48,838 nucleotides of DNA from Tubiluchus corallicola (Eukaryota > Animalia > Priapulida): positions 1-48,838 of the forward strand of contig JAQGDQ010001299.1 of the NCBI GenBank assembly GCA_030141605.1, in the 5' to 3' direction. The notes beneath the pieces are model-generated. The model ran no database searches. It saw nothing but the letters and a program-made list of their open reading frames with translations, and had not been told where the DNA came from. How positions within the stretch are numbered: the first letter of the stretch is position 1; each line of letters starts with the position of its first letter. Positions 25,086 to 39,100 of the stretch are shown here, one piece after another. Position numbers and translations under genes: made by a program.

Positions 25086-25852
25086 TGAAGTGGTTTATCA
25101 ATAAGCATCATATCACATTGGCGTGACTGAATCAGCGTTGTTAAAAATCATGTGATATCGTGCTAGGATGGCATTGTGAAGTGACTGTGAATCTGTGACA
25201 TCTCTCTGCAAAGTGCGGCGTTGTGCGCGGCTGTGCCCGCTTATAGTTGTGCTCTCTTTCAATTTCAGCGTTCAATCTGATTTGATGAAGATAACCCATG
25301 TTGTGGTTGGGCACGTTGACGCCATGTTTGGATTGTTTCTGCCGTTTTTGTAAAAAACAATTCTAAGTTCGGTGAATTTGGCTATATAGTTTCTGCAAAG
25401 GGAGGAAACAAGCAGGTGTTTTGTCGGAACATAGTAATATATGTTTCGAAATTATTTTTGATTAATAATTTATATTATTAGGCTTACAAGTGCACTCGTC
25501 ACCGTAGACCTTTATTTTTCAATGTAAAATGATTATACACATCCTCTTCTGTTTTAAGGCTGTGAGGTGCCTGTTTGCAAATCATCGCTTCATTAAATTT
25601 GCCCGGTACCCAGCTACAGTTATTGTAGTTATTGTTATTCTGTTGTACACGAGTAAAAAGTCAATTTTTGTGATCATGTGCACTATTTTTGCGAATCTCG
25701 TTCATTATGTCAGAAGTCTAATCACTCTATCCATATATTTTTTTATGTACTGCACACTGCCAAATTTGTGAAAAGCGAAAGTAAGTTGTTGATAATATCA
25801 GGAAAGTTTTCATTGCACAAATTTATTTACACATGCAAAGTTGTGGCGTGAT

Positions 25853-26800
25853 GGCGCTATTAATAGTATTACACTTTCCCACCGCCTAGTTTTTTCTGGC
25901 CTATTGGTTGTTTTCACGCCTGCAGGCCAGAAAGCAGACCAACAGGCGTAATATACACCATATTCCCATAATATTATTGGTTTTTAGACCTTACAATTCC
26001 AGATTAAAATCATACGTTACTCACCGTCACCATCTCGCAAAAAGCTCCATGTGAATAACTGTGTTTACACCACTAATGCGCAATCGCTCTCGCGCAGTGA
26101 CGTATGTGGCCCTTAACATCTATTTTTAGTTTCTTCGCATAATTTATGATTATTAGGGTTGCAGCCACGGGAGTTTGTATCGTATCGCGGGTGGGCCTGG
26201 ATCAGAATAGTGGTAGTGATGACGAAAACGATAAAAATAGCAGTGCAATAATGGTGGTGATAATGAGTGTATAAACCTAAAATGCCATTATAATCCTGTG
26301 CCAGTCATTGTCTTTTCTTCAAAGACTTCCCGAATTTTTTGTTTCTCAGTCAGACCCAGTGTATAGTCAGACCCAAGTTGGCATATACGAGGAAATTATT
26401 TTAGACCACTACAGTTATTTATCATTAATTTTATTTATTACTGTAGTATTATTACTATTAGATTATAAAAAAAGTAAAGGTTTTTTTCTTTATTTCGTAA
26501 ATGCGGTCAAGATGAAAGTGTGTCACGTGCCTTTTAAGCTAGGCCCTGATAATGCATAAACTAGTACGAAATTCATCACGTGACTATACACACAAACAAG
26601 ATGGCGATACGAACTGTATAGGTGTAGAACTGTGAATACAACGTAATTATTGGTAATTATACCTAAATATATGATTAAATTACCACGAGATTAGCGGAAA
26701 CATTCACTGATAACGTGAGAATAATAGAATAATGACCTACGAGCCTAGAAACGAGTAATAACCTAGAAAAAACTAGGCGGTGCGAAAGTGTAATAGCGCC
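25853..26800. mobile_element. Mirror copy of the 9-bp-TSD MITE
   Basis: Same TIRs (10-bp insert in one), TSD tggcgtgat/tggcgtgaa; 28 bp longer than the left copy. Confidence 0.85.
26576..26606 (+). promoter_or_regulatory. Candidate E-box plus YY1-type promoter motifs inside the MITE
   Basis: tcacgtgac at 26576 and caagatggcg at 26597, ~510 bp upstream of the zinc-finger gene ATG and in its orientation; motif match only. Confidence 0.35.
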
Positions 26801-27112
26801 TGGCGTGAAACCCTAAATACAACTTAGCACTATAAAAAAATATTTAGCTTCCTTCCATATACAAGACAATACTTTATTGTAAAAGATTATGCAGTGTTTA
26901 TATAAATATGCAGTGATGATGAAATATTAATTTTAAATTATGGTAAAGAGGACCAAGCATACTGGTCACCGAGTTAGATCCCGGCATATTTTATTATAGT
27001 TCAACGACCTGTCTGTGGATGATCACGGCTGCATAGCGGATCGATTACATTTCCTTACACCGGGATTATTCCTGTACAGTAAAGATTAAGGAAAAAAGGA
27101 ATTTAATCAAAT

Positions 27113-30100
27113 ATGAATTCTCTGGAAGAAGATATTGAGCATATGATCTCCATAAGTGAACTGGAAGATTTAGATGAATTAGGGTAAGTAATTACATTTC
27201 TTTGAAAGTGCATCCCTTTATTCCATGTCGCCTATTCGGCTCACATCTTACAAGTTTTACTTTTGGTCTGAGCCAATAATTTGTCCTGGTCATTGTAATT
27301 TATGTAACTTTTATGAAGCCTGACTTTTTTGAATTAACATATCCAGAAACAATGAAGCAAAGCTTTTGTCAGGAAACCTAAAAAACATTGGAGAAACCAC
27401 CATTAAAAAGTTTGCCAACTCACAATAGGTGGTGCTCTCTACTAACAAATATTTAAAACCACTGAGTCAATCATTGGTACATTCCTCAACTTTTCCACCA
27501 AAGTAACAGAAATGAACATAAACATGGAGACACATCACATTAAGCAACAGGAATATTTGCTAGTTCTGAAAGTATTTGGGAAGAGGATTTTCACATTAGC
27601 GTGCTGTTTAGAATAAAATACTGCAAATTAATTTTTAAACGGAAACTTTCTGCCAAATCTAATGTAATAGAAAAGTTGAAAATGGGCACTGGGGACATAG
27701 GAAAAACTTTCACAGGAACTGATTTCAGCTTCAGTAGAAATGTCCAAATCACTTTTCTGGCAACAAATACAACTGGAATAAGTCTCTTTCTTTAGTGTCT
27801 ACCAGTCATGAGACAGTATTGCACCAGAAACTTTGTTATTTAAAAAAATTATCCTGGGACAAAAATTGTACGTTCTGTGGAGAATGACCCATAAATAAAC
27901 TAACCTAAACTAACTAAAAAAAACTAACTGCCCTTTGGTCGATTATTGGAAAAATTTGTTGATCGTTTTGTTATCATCATCATTGCCCAACAAATACACG
28001 CTGGTTTTAGGAATTGTTGGTAATAATTTATTGGGGACTACTTCGGTCAATTTAAATTATTGTATTTTCTCGTAATTTTTGTTTACCAATCGAGCTACAA
28101 TTACCCATAAGTAAAAAATAAAAAAATTGCACCAAAATTTATTTCAGATTGGAAGATATTGATGAATCAATAGACGTATCGATTGACGAGGATCTGCTAA
28201 AACTTTCTGATGACGAGGATTCATCTGATCCTAAGAAGCCAAAGAAGGACGAAAAAGAGAAAAATGAGAAGACAAGTTCAGGTAAAGGGAACGTTGCCAA
28301 GGAAAAATTGGAAGGAAAGAAGCAGATCCAGCAAAAAGAGGAAAGCAAAACGGAAGCAGACGGTAAACGGAAGCTTGAGAAACTAGAGGATGCGAAAAGT
28401 CAGCAGCCAAAAAGCGCGAAAATAGACAACGGACCTAGTCGAGACGAGCAGAACAGATATTCGGAGAAGAAGTTTCCTTCAAAGAAAGAACAAGAAGAAA
28501 TGTTGAAACAAAAAAGAAATAATAAAGTTGATACCAAACCGAGGGCTGATGAAGATAAAAATGTTTTGGCAAAAAGGGATGCTGGAAGCAGAAAACGACA
28601 AAGTGATGAAGAGAGAAAAGAGATGCTGAAGAAAGAGTCTGAAAAGAGCGTTGAACGAAAAAAAGTAAAAGACCAAAATGCCACCGTAAGGGAAGATGCT
28701 CGTTCGTCCAAGGGAAAAGAGGCGATCGATAAACCCGAAGATGGGAAAGGCGCAAAAGACGATAAGAAATCGTGCAGAACGGAACCGAAAGATGATACCG
28801 GCAAAGCTGCCAGCGGGGCAAAGTCAGGGTTTCTACAGACTTTATGCAGCATTTGCAAAACATTTGTACTACATGAGGTAATCGTGTTTGCGAAATTATA
28901 CAATAAACACTTCCTAAAACTAGGCCTGTTACGACACATCGATGAATCGTGATACGTTTTGTAACGATCTGTGTATTGTCAAAATGCACCAGTATCGCGA
29001 TAATGTGAATCATTAATATTTAGCATAATCTAGGCTGTCCACAGGTAGCATCCTAAAATGTAGACCATACCTGTAGCCCTGTTTATCCTCTTTCTAAAGA
29101 GCTCCGAGAGTCTCACCAGGTGCCGCTAGAACGTTTTTCTACAGGCAGTTTAGCCAAAATTTTGAAAAAATCGGGAGTTGAGTCCAGGAAAATGCCGCGG
29201 CCCTCCCCCGAAATCTAAATATGACTATAACACCCACCCGTTGAACTGGCTATTTAACCATTACCCGCACCATGCCAGGCACGTTCCCATTCTCCAGAAA
29301 TAAGAGGTATAAGTTTTGCAATTTTTTGCAAAAAAACGGCCGAAAAATGGCCATTTTTGGAGTTTGTTTTTCAGCCCCCGTTCCTCCCAGTGGGCCCGAT
29401 TCGAAAAATAAGATCAAATCTCGTTATTTATGTGTGGAAAGGTTCTGCCTTCTATTTAGGAGGAGGGGTTTACTTTGCTGGAAAGTTGTCAACATCACCC
29501 AACTCAAGGTCTTTCCCGATCCAGTTGGATTTGAGTTATGCGGAGTTTTCTGTAGTACGCTTTCTGATAAAAAGCGTCGTATTAACATTTTTTAAAGAAA
29601 TTATAGTTCTTAAAAATGAAGTGAAACATGCAGTTAGAATCGCTTTAAATGAAATATCTACTTGTGTACGTAATCGAGTGGTTACTATGGTTACCATGCC
29701 TTTATTCGTCGTGTTTGTTCTACAGGACGAGAACTGCAAACACGAGCACACCGCAAATCACGCCGTCGGAAGAATCCGGAACTTGATGGCCGGCGCCTGG
29801 GACAAGTTTAAATCGGATCACAAATCAGATTTAGTAGGAAGAAATTCGAGTTCGTGGTTCACCTGCAAGGTATGTGCTGTTGGGGATCCAGCAAAATCAC
29901 TTGAGTGGTCACAATTATACGTACAATCAATTAGCAAAACGTTTAGTAGACTTTATGTAGTTTTGCAACAATTTGAAGGGAATGTCACTGGATGGATGAC
30001 CTGATCCGAGTTTATGAAAAATGTAGTCGTAAATAATAGCAGGTCTAGGTTTGGCTCGTAATTCTTGAGTAATTATTTCTCAAAAGGAAATAAATTTACC

Positions 30101-33100
30101 CGAAGGACTGGAGAAAAATACGAAAAAAGATTTGATGATTCATAAAAGCCGCATCCTTCTACCCTTCCTGTGTGATCTAACCTTTCTCGCAGTTTTTTTT
30201 TGGTTCACTCATCCATTCTTTTTTTAACGGGTTCACATGACAGTGGGCTTATACAAGCCTTTGCTTCTCTAGCCCACTGCAGTACAATTATTCTTTTATG
30301 ATAGCGATAGTGTATGAAACATAACAATTTAAAACAGTATGACAAAATTTAACACAGTAATAATTTTGATGTCACTGTGTGCTTAATGTCATTATATTGT
30401 ACTGAATGTGATAATAATAATAAATAAAAAATAAATACTTTAAAATGATACATTTCATTTCACTGCTTGGTATGCGGAATTAGTATCAATGTTGTTGTTC
30501 TAATTGTTTGTAGCTTTGCAATAAACGAATGAGGGGAGCTTTCCAGTTCATATCACATATAGAAGGTATTTCTCACCTTCAGACTGTTGCTGAGAAGACT
30601 GGTGAGTGGCATTTATTGTAATCTCGGTTTTATAAAAGTATTTATATCCGTGCGTATTGTTACAGTAGGTAACAGTCATTCGGTTGACTCTTAGGTAAAA
30701 AGACTGATTCTTTGCATAAGTAGATGGATGGATGGACAGGTAAATAGAGATATAGACAGATTCTTTGAACAGGTAGATGGTTGGATGGATGGACGGGTAG
30801 ATAGAGATATAGACGGATTCTTTGAACAGGTAGATGGATGGATGGATGGACAGGTAGATAGAGATATAGACGGATTCTTTGTACAGGTAGATGGATAGAT
30901 GGACAGGTAGATAGAGATATAGATGGATTTTTTGTACAGGTATATGGATAGAATAGATAGATAGATAAACTGATTCTTTATATAGGTAGAAGGACGGATG
31001 GACAGGTAGATAGATAGATGGACAGATTCTTTGTATAGTTAGATGGATGAATGGACAGGTTGATAGATAGCTGGATAGATGGATACTTTGTAAATGTGTA
31101 TGGATGGATAGACAGGAAGATAGGAAGTTAGTGTCGGCTAATGCTTACTGTCAGAGAGTAACTCAGTGTCGGCTCATGCTTACTGTCAGAGAGTAACTCA
31201 GTGTCGGCTCATGCTTACTTTCAGGAGTAACTCAGTGTCGGCTCATGCTTACTGTCAGACTGTCAGAGAGTAACTCAGTGTCGGCTCATGCTTACTGTCA
31301 GAGAGTAACTCAGTGTCGGCTCATGCTTACTGTCAGAGAGTAACTCAGTGTCGGCTCATGCTTACTGTCGGAGAGTAACTCAGTGTCGGCTCATGCTTAC
31401 TGTCAGAGAGTAACTCAGTGTCGGCTCATGCTTACTGTCAGAGAGTAACTCAGTGTCGGCTCATGCTTACTGTCAGAGAGTAACTCGCAGCAATTTTTGT
31501 TCTCTGGTCTAAACACGCTTCCGAGTTGCTTTGTGAATTTACTCTTGGATAGGAAGCTTGCTAGTGTGTAGAACAGACTGCCCTATCAATGTGTCATAGT
31601 CAACATCTCATTTTAGTGTAATGTCACTTTTGGCATGTAAAATGTTTGATCTTATATGAGCTTGCACTCTACTTGTTTTCTAGAGACGAATCCTGCTTAT
31701 TTGCTAGACTGCATTTTACCTATTCACAACATCATAGACAACGTCAAGAACGATTACTACATTGGTAAGCGGGTTTGCCTTAAATTTTGTTTTGCAATCG
31801 TTTAGTGCATTATTGCATAGAGTAACATGGTGGAGAAGCAGTTTCAACTCCAGTACATTGTGCAGCATTTTGCTTACGTGCAACACCTGCGTGTTTTAAT
31901 GCCCGTGTTAGAAAACCGTTATGGGTATATAAAAAACTTCACACTTTTCTAAGTAGCCCGTTCTGCCATTGGAGACGATGAACAGACCAAATGGTTCTAA
32001 TAACTCATATATTGTCGTGATTGGACCACATGGGTCTAGTAACCCGACGACCAATGTTTCTAGTAACTCATATATTGTCTTGATTGGACCACATGGGTCT
32101 AGTAACCCGACGACAAATGATTCTAATAACTCATATATTGTCGTGATTGGACCACATGGGTCTAGTAACCCGACGACAAATGGTTTTAATAGCTCATATA
32201 TTGTCGTGATTGGACCACATGGGTCTAGTAACCCAATGAGAAATGGTTCTAATAACTCATATATTGTTGTGATTGGACCACATGGGTCTAGTAACCCAAT
32301 GACAAATGGTTCTAATAACTCATATATTGTCGTTATTGGACCACATGGGTCTAGTAACCCGACGACAAATGGTTTTAATAACTCATATATTGTCTTGATT
32401 GGACCACATGGGTCTAGTAACCCGACGACAAATGGTTTTAATAACTCATATATTGTCGTGATTGGACCACATGGGTCTAGTAACCCAATGACAAATGGTT
32501 CTAATAACTCATATATTGTCTTGATTGGACCACATTGTAACCCTGTAACATGACTACTGTATAAATTTTGAGAATTTTGACCTTCCATTAATGCCTTCAG
32601 GACCGCACCATTCGAAACAGATCTTATATCACCTGTGACTTTGCTGTTACTGTGCGATTGCAAATTAGATAGTCTTTTATTCAGGAGAATCTCAGCTATC
32701 CAGTCATGCTATTTGTTTAAACATTTATAAGTGATTACTCCTCTACACATGGTCATTGGGTCACTTGACCTCCTCCGCCCTCTAGCCGTGTAGAGGAGTA
32801 AACCTTCCAAATCAGGAGTGGAGCCCCGAAGGCAGACCAGTGCAGCATGGTCACTGACTCCGGCAACCTGGTGCCAAACGTATCGCTCCGCTTTCCGTTG
32901 GACTACACCAGCGAGGAAGAGAGGGGTTCCTGTTGTCTGGCCAACTCAGGATCTCCATACACCTTGCCCAGGCGTGCGCCCTGGAGACGTTCAAGGAGCA
33001 CAGTCGACGCTGCAGCTCCATCAATGTGATCAATAACTGACTCTCTTGGCGTACACTCCATTGTCTTCCGAGACAAAAGGATGACAACAAACAAAAATAT

Positions 33101-36100
33101 AAGTGATTTAGTTAGCTAAAATGAAGACAAACGCGCCCTTTTCAGGGACTCAACTTAGCCTATTGAGTAGCTATGTCTAGTGTACAGTTGCGTGATCGTA
33201 CACACTAATTTATTGATCGTCTGTTCGCTATACAGTCCAAGAGAACTGTCTGCTGTACGGAATCCAGGAAAACCCAACTGATCAGTTAAGGATAGATTAA
33301 GGAAGTTTTTTCTTTTAACAGGAATTTCTCCTTAAAACTAGAGTAGAACTTGAGCCCAAAGTTTATCAGAGTGTTTTGTCTGGATAGTTGAATTTTCTGC
33401 ATTAGCCCATTTCACACAAGTGATACTGTAAACACTGCAGTTACTGAAAGCTTTTTTTTTTAATTTTTTCCTCAAAAATTGATTTTTAATTTGGCTAAGG
33501 TAAGCAAATGCATTTCATATGTAGCTTTGCATAAAAATCCATTGTGTGAGGAGTAGAAACCTACAAAAATTATCAAATATAACGTAATCATTGCCTACTG
33601 AGGGCAGTGTTTCATGAACCCGTGCAAAATGCTGTAAATGCTTACAGTCCTGAATGAGTTAACCAAAATGAGTTGGCTGATTTCTTGAAGGTTTATATAT
33701 ATATATATATGTGTGTGTGGCTACCCATAAGAATACGTTCCCACATTTGTGCAAGAAGTACTTATGAGTTGCAGCCATCTTAGCCAAGGTGCCATTTTGT
33801 TTGAATAGCTTGACAGAATAAGTCTCTCTTTGCATTCGAAGAGGAAGTGGAATTTAATAGCCTCCTAGCACAGCTGCTTTACAGTGTTCAAGTGTGCTGT
33901 GAAACAGTTGTTATTTATTAAACAACGAATAAGAGACATCAAAGGATTAAAGCTTCTTTTGGCAAAATTTGTCTTAGGAGAATTATGTTTACGTTGTCCT
34001 GATTCCAGTACACGCCGACGTCTCCGAGCCACTGGTCAGCCTGATGCACATCTGCATGAGTCTTGGTCTCCGAAAAGTTCCTTTAGCAAAATTTCGGTAA
34101 TAAAGAATTGTAGTGTTTGTGTAAAGCTTTCCTAACAGATCTGAATGTACTTGACTTTATACTAGATACCCTCATTGGTATGGATACAAGCAACTTTTGT
34201 GTGTAACCAGTTAGCCACACTGAAGTTTTTGTCAACTTGTTTACAAAGCATTGAGCACGTGCTTGGCAAACATAAATATTTTGACCCATATCTGTTGACA
34301 AACAAAATTTCCCTTATTGTACTGGCAAACGGGACTGTCCAACTCCTTTGCTCTTCAACAACCTACGTCACATAAAAAATGCATCCTGCCGTAGCTAACC
34401 TGATTGTGCCGGTTGTTCAAGTAAATAATACGTCACTCAAAATAAAAATTATTTTTCAAAAGTACTCAGATAAGAAGAGTGTTCATAACATTTGCATTAT
34501 ATATATATACACGTCTTACTCAAACATTTTCCATACATAATAACAATTTCAACATGTTTGACTAGCACTGCTGCCCTCTCCATTTTTCTTGATAACAAAT
34601 AGTTTTGCTCTTAATAATTTTGATTGGTTTTTGGCAGCAATGTTATATATGCTGTGATGCACTGCTTAGTGCCGCTTATGATGGAGGGCTTATCTATGAG
34701 GCCTATCTAAGGGTCATTCTCAGTGATTAGTCTTCAGTCTCTTACAAAAACAAAAAACTTTTCTTGTTTGAAGACTTATCTATGCAAGCGTCATTCCTAA
34801 TGACTAGTCTTCAATCTTACAAAAACAAAAAACTTCTTGTTAGAGGACTTATCTACGATCACGTATGCAAGCGTCATTCTCAATGACTAGTCTTCAGTCA
34901 CTAACAAAAACAAAAAACTTCTTGTTAGAGGACGTATCTACGATCACGTATGCAAGCGTCATTCTCAATGACTAGTCTTCAGTCACTAACAAAAACAAGA
35001 AACTTCTTGTCAGAGGACTTATTTATGATCACGAGATCATGAATGTGCTACGTATGCAAGCATCATTCTCAATGACTAGTCTTCAATCTCTTACAAAAAC
35101 AAAAAACTTCTTGTTAGAGGACTTATCTACGATCACGTATGCAAGCGTCATTCTCAATGACTAGTCTTCAGTCACTAACGAAATCAAGAAACTTTTCCTG
35201 TTAGAGGACTTATTTACGATCACATATGCAAGCGTCATTCTCAATGACTAGTCTTCAGTCACTAACAAAAACAAGAAACTTCTTGTCAGAGGACTTATTT
35301 ATGATCACGAGATCATGAATGTGCTACGTATGTAAGCATCATTCTCAATGACTAGTCTTCAATCTCTTACAAAAACAAAAAACTTCTTGTTAGAGGACTT
35401 ATCTACGATCACGTATGCAAGCGTCATTCTCAATGACTAGTCTTCAGTCACTAACGAAATCAAGAAACTTTTCCTGTTAGAGGACTTATCTACGATCACG
35501 TATGCAAGCGTCATTCTCAATGACTAGTCTTCAGTCACTAACAAAAACAAAAAACTTCTTGTTAGAGGACTTATCTACGATCACGTATGCAAGCGTCATT
35601 CTCAATGACTAGTCTTCAGTCACTAACGAAATCAAGAAACTTTTCCTGTTAGAGGACTTATCTACGATCACGTATGCAAGCGTCATTCTCAATGACTAGT
35701 CTTCAGTCACTAACAAAAACAAGAAACTTCTTGTCAGAGGACTTATTTATGATCACGAGATCATGAATGTGCTACGTATGCAAGCATCATTCTCAATGAC
35801 TAGTCTTCAATCTCTTACAAAAACAAAAAACTTCTTGTTAGAGGACTTATCTACGATCACGTATGCAAGCGACATTCTCAATGACTAGTCTTCAGTCACT
35901 AACGAAATCAAGAAACTTTTCCTGTTAGAGGACTTATTTACGATCACGTATGCAAGCATCATTCTCAATGACTAGTCTTCGGCCACTAACGAAATCAAGA
36001 AACTTTTCTGTTTTTTTGTTTTCAGTTCAAGATTGTGCAAGACCTTACTGTGCTTTGGAGCACATTTCTTAACTGCTTCGTCCACATCTTTCTCCTTGTT

Positions 36101-39100
36101 TGAAGATTGTGATTTCTGAGTGAATTTCCAGATGCTAGCACAAAGCAGTGCAAAATGTGAATATATATAAAATTGGTATCCAGGTGTGGGCTAAAAACAG
36201 TTGAATTGGTTTCCATTGCAGAACATTTCGTTCTGTCATGTCTTGTGCAACAGTTTATGTCAGTAGATCTACATCATGGACCGTATCTTGTACCATGTCT
36301 TGTGCAACAGTTTATGTCAGTAGATCTACATCATGGACCGTATCTTGTACCATGTCTTGTACAACAGTTTAAGTCAGTAGATCTACATTATGGACCGTAT
36401 CTTGTACCATGTCTTATGCAACAGTTTACGTCAGTAGATCTACATCATGGACCGTTCTTGTACCATGTCTTGTGCAACAGTTACGTCAGTAGATCTACAT
36501 CATGGACCGTATCTTGTACCATGTCTTGTGCAACATTTTACGTCAGTAGATCTACATCATGGACCGTATCTTGTACCATGTCTTGTGCAACAGTTTACGT
36601 CAGTAGATCTACATCATGGACCGTATCTTGTACCATGTCTTGTGCAACAGTTTACGTCAGTAGATCTATAATCATGGACCGTATCTTGTACCATGTCTTA
36701 TGCAACAGTTTAAGTCAGTAGATCTACATCATGGACCGTATCTTGTACCATGTCTTGTGCAACAGTTTACGTCAGTAGATCTACATCATGGACCGTATCT
36801 TGTACCATGTCTTGTGCAACAGTTTAAGTCAGTAGATCTACATCATGGACCGTATCTTGTACCATGTCTTATGCAACAGTTTAAGTCAGTAGATCTACAT
36901 CATGGACCGTATCTTGTACCATGTCTTATGCAACAGTTTAAGTCAGTAGATCTACATCATGGACCGTATCTTGTACCATGTCTTGTGGAACAATTTATGT
37001 CATTGGATCTTATGTCACAGACCGTATCTTGTACCATGTCTCGTGGAACAATTTATGTCAGTGGATCTTATGTCACAGACCGTATCTTGTACCATGTCTC
37101 GTGGAACAATTTATGTCATTGGATCTTATGTCACAGACCGGATATTGTATTGTGTCTTGTGGAACAGTTTATGTCAGTGGATCTGCATCGTGGATCATAT
37201 TTTGTACCGTGTCTTGTGGAACAATTTATCAGTGGAACTACATAACAGACCTTATCTTGCACGTTACCCGAGGAACAATTTATTTCAGCTGCTTAACCTT
37301 ACAGAGCAGAATTACGTAACAATTACAGCATGTTCGCAATGTTTAACGTGCTACAAATTTTGTATATTTGCTTCTTTATTTTGCTAAAGCTGCACTGAGC
37401 AAGACCAATAAAAATACTGAGTCTTCTACAAAATACAGTAAACAGCATTACCATTATCACATAACATATCTGCAAATTATTTGGGCACCTACACCACACA
37501 TTGTTGTTGTTGTTGCAGCTACACCATACCAGCCTGTTTGATGTTGGACAGTCCTGTTATTTTACTATAACTTTGACTGTGTTTCTTATGAAGTATCTAA
37601 AGTGTTGCTTTTGTTTTCAGCTAATCTTACAGTGGCTAAACGAAGACTAATGCTGCTTTTACAGGCTGTACAAAGGTTATTACATCCATACATGTCCAAA
37701 CGTTGCAGCCCCATTTGGATGTTTGTACAGAATTTTGTATAACAGCTGTTACTGGTCATTATAATTACACTTGATCCAACATTGAGGAGCTGCTTGCCTA
37801 TTTATAATGGTTGAGCTCCTATTCACTTATCTTCGTATCATTTCCTGCAACTCATTTGATATCAATGCCATAATGTACAATTTTCATAAAAAAACAACTT
37901 GCTGATCTTTGGGGAGGTTTGTTAGTATTGTCCACATCATACTGTGATAGTTCCATATTTGACGTTGCTTGCCATTACTCGCATGGTCGTAAGCCACCAT
38001 GACTTGCACCATTAATGGTGGGCCATGATGTTGCTTACCATTACTCGCATGGTTTTAAGCCACCATGACATGCACCATTAATGGTGGGCCATGACGTTGC
38101 TTGCCGTTACTCGAATAGTCGTAAGCCACCATGATTTGCACCATTAATGGTGGGCCATACCATCTACCAAATGATGACAATAATGTGTGCTTAAGCTGTA
38201 CACTCATACCTGTATACTCTTCCTAAGGTGGATTCATTGCAACCTGTCTACGTACCTGGTGATTGCACTTTACATGTATAGACATTATGGTAAACTATTG
38301 TAATTATTGACACTACACAGATGCTTCTTAAGCAGTCCCTTATTACATTTCCTTTCATTCTGAAATCCAGACGTGGTTAGAGAATAATTTCTTTCAGATA
38401 TCCCAAAGTAGTAATGCCAACTCTTGAGGAGATGTGGACGAATGTTTAACTCGATCTTAGCTTTTAATTACACTGCAGTTGAGTCTTGTAGTGTGTCTTG
38501 ATCATATCTTGCTAGATCAGTTTCCCTTTTCAGCATGATCTCTGTCCAGACAGTTTGTTAAACTGGTTTTGTTTATCTGATCCTTGTTTCCGTAATCTTT
38601 CTTAACTACTGTGAGCCGTACGTGTTGATTTGTAACTATTGTGTGATCACGTTTTTGTCTAGCTAGTTAAACTGTTGCAAATGGAACAGAGGCATTAAAT
38701 CTGACTCCAAATTCATCGCCAATTTGCAAATTCCATTTGCGACTTCATATTATGCCATTGTCATGGTATCATTGGTTTTACATGAAACAGTCCGTAAATG
38801 TACGTTCTACTGGAAATGTACTTTACAATGTCTCAAAAGACGCCCGTGTAATACTTGTGATGACCGTTTGTTCTTTTGATGTTGTACAGTGTAATCTGGT
38901 CAGCATGACAGCTTGACATTTCTATGCATCATGCTACAGGTCTAGACCAAATGATTTACGTGGAAAAGAGAGTGCTTCAGTGGCCGCCTCATGTGGAATG
39001 TACCATCTGTAAAACGGCGTTTAGAGTTCTGAGGTTGCCGGACCATGCTTCTAGTATACAACACAGAACGAAAGCAATTGTAAGTATAAACGTGCACCAG

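Larger units (their letters stand above)
21080..37558. repeat. Right arm of giant inverted duplication
   Basis: Reverse complement of 1..16679 with substitutions and several arm-specific indels; outer limit is set by the window start, so the true arm may be longer. Confidence 0.97.

Noticed and set aside
29272-30004. 215-aa and 107-aa ORFs as stand-alone genes (mirrors 8109..8823)
   Set aside because: Only 29726..29869 is bounded by splice sites and fits the gene model; the rest is intronic, repeat-like sequence.
33978-34096. Extra AG..GT-bounded candidate exon in intron 5 (also 37621..37675)
   Set aside because: 119 nt and 55 nt would each shift the frame between two phase-1 junctions and would interrupt the YYIG-LDQ module.
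1-37558. Palindrome as a sequencing fold-back chimera
   Set aside because: Arms differ by multi-hundred-bp indels and clustered substitutions, which one molecule read twice cannot produce; a haplotype misjoin remains possible.
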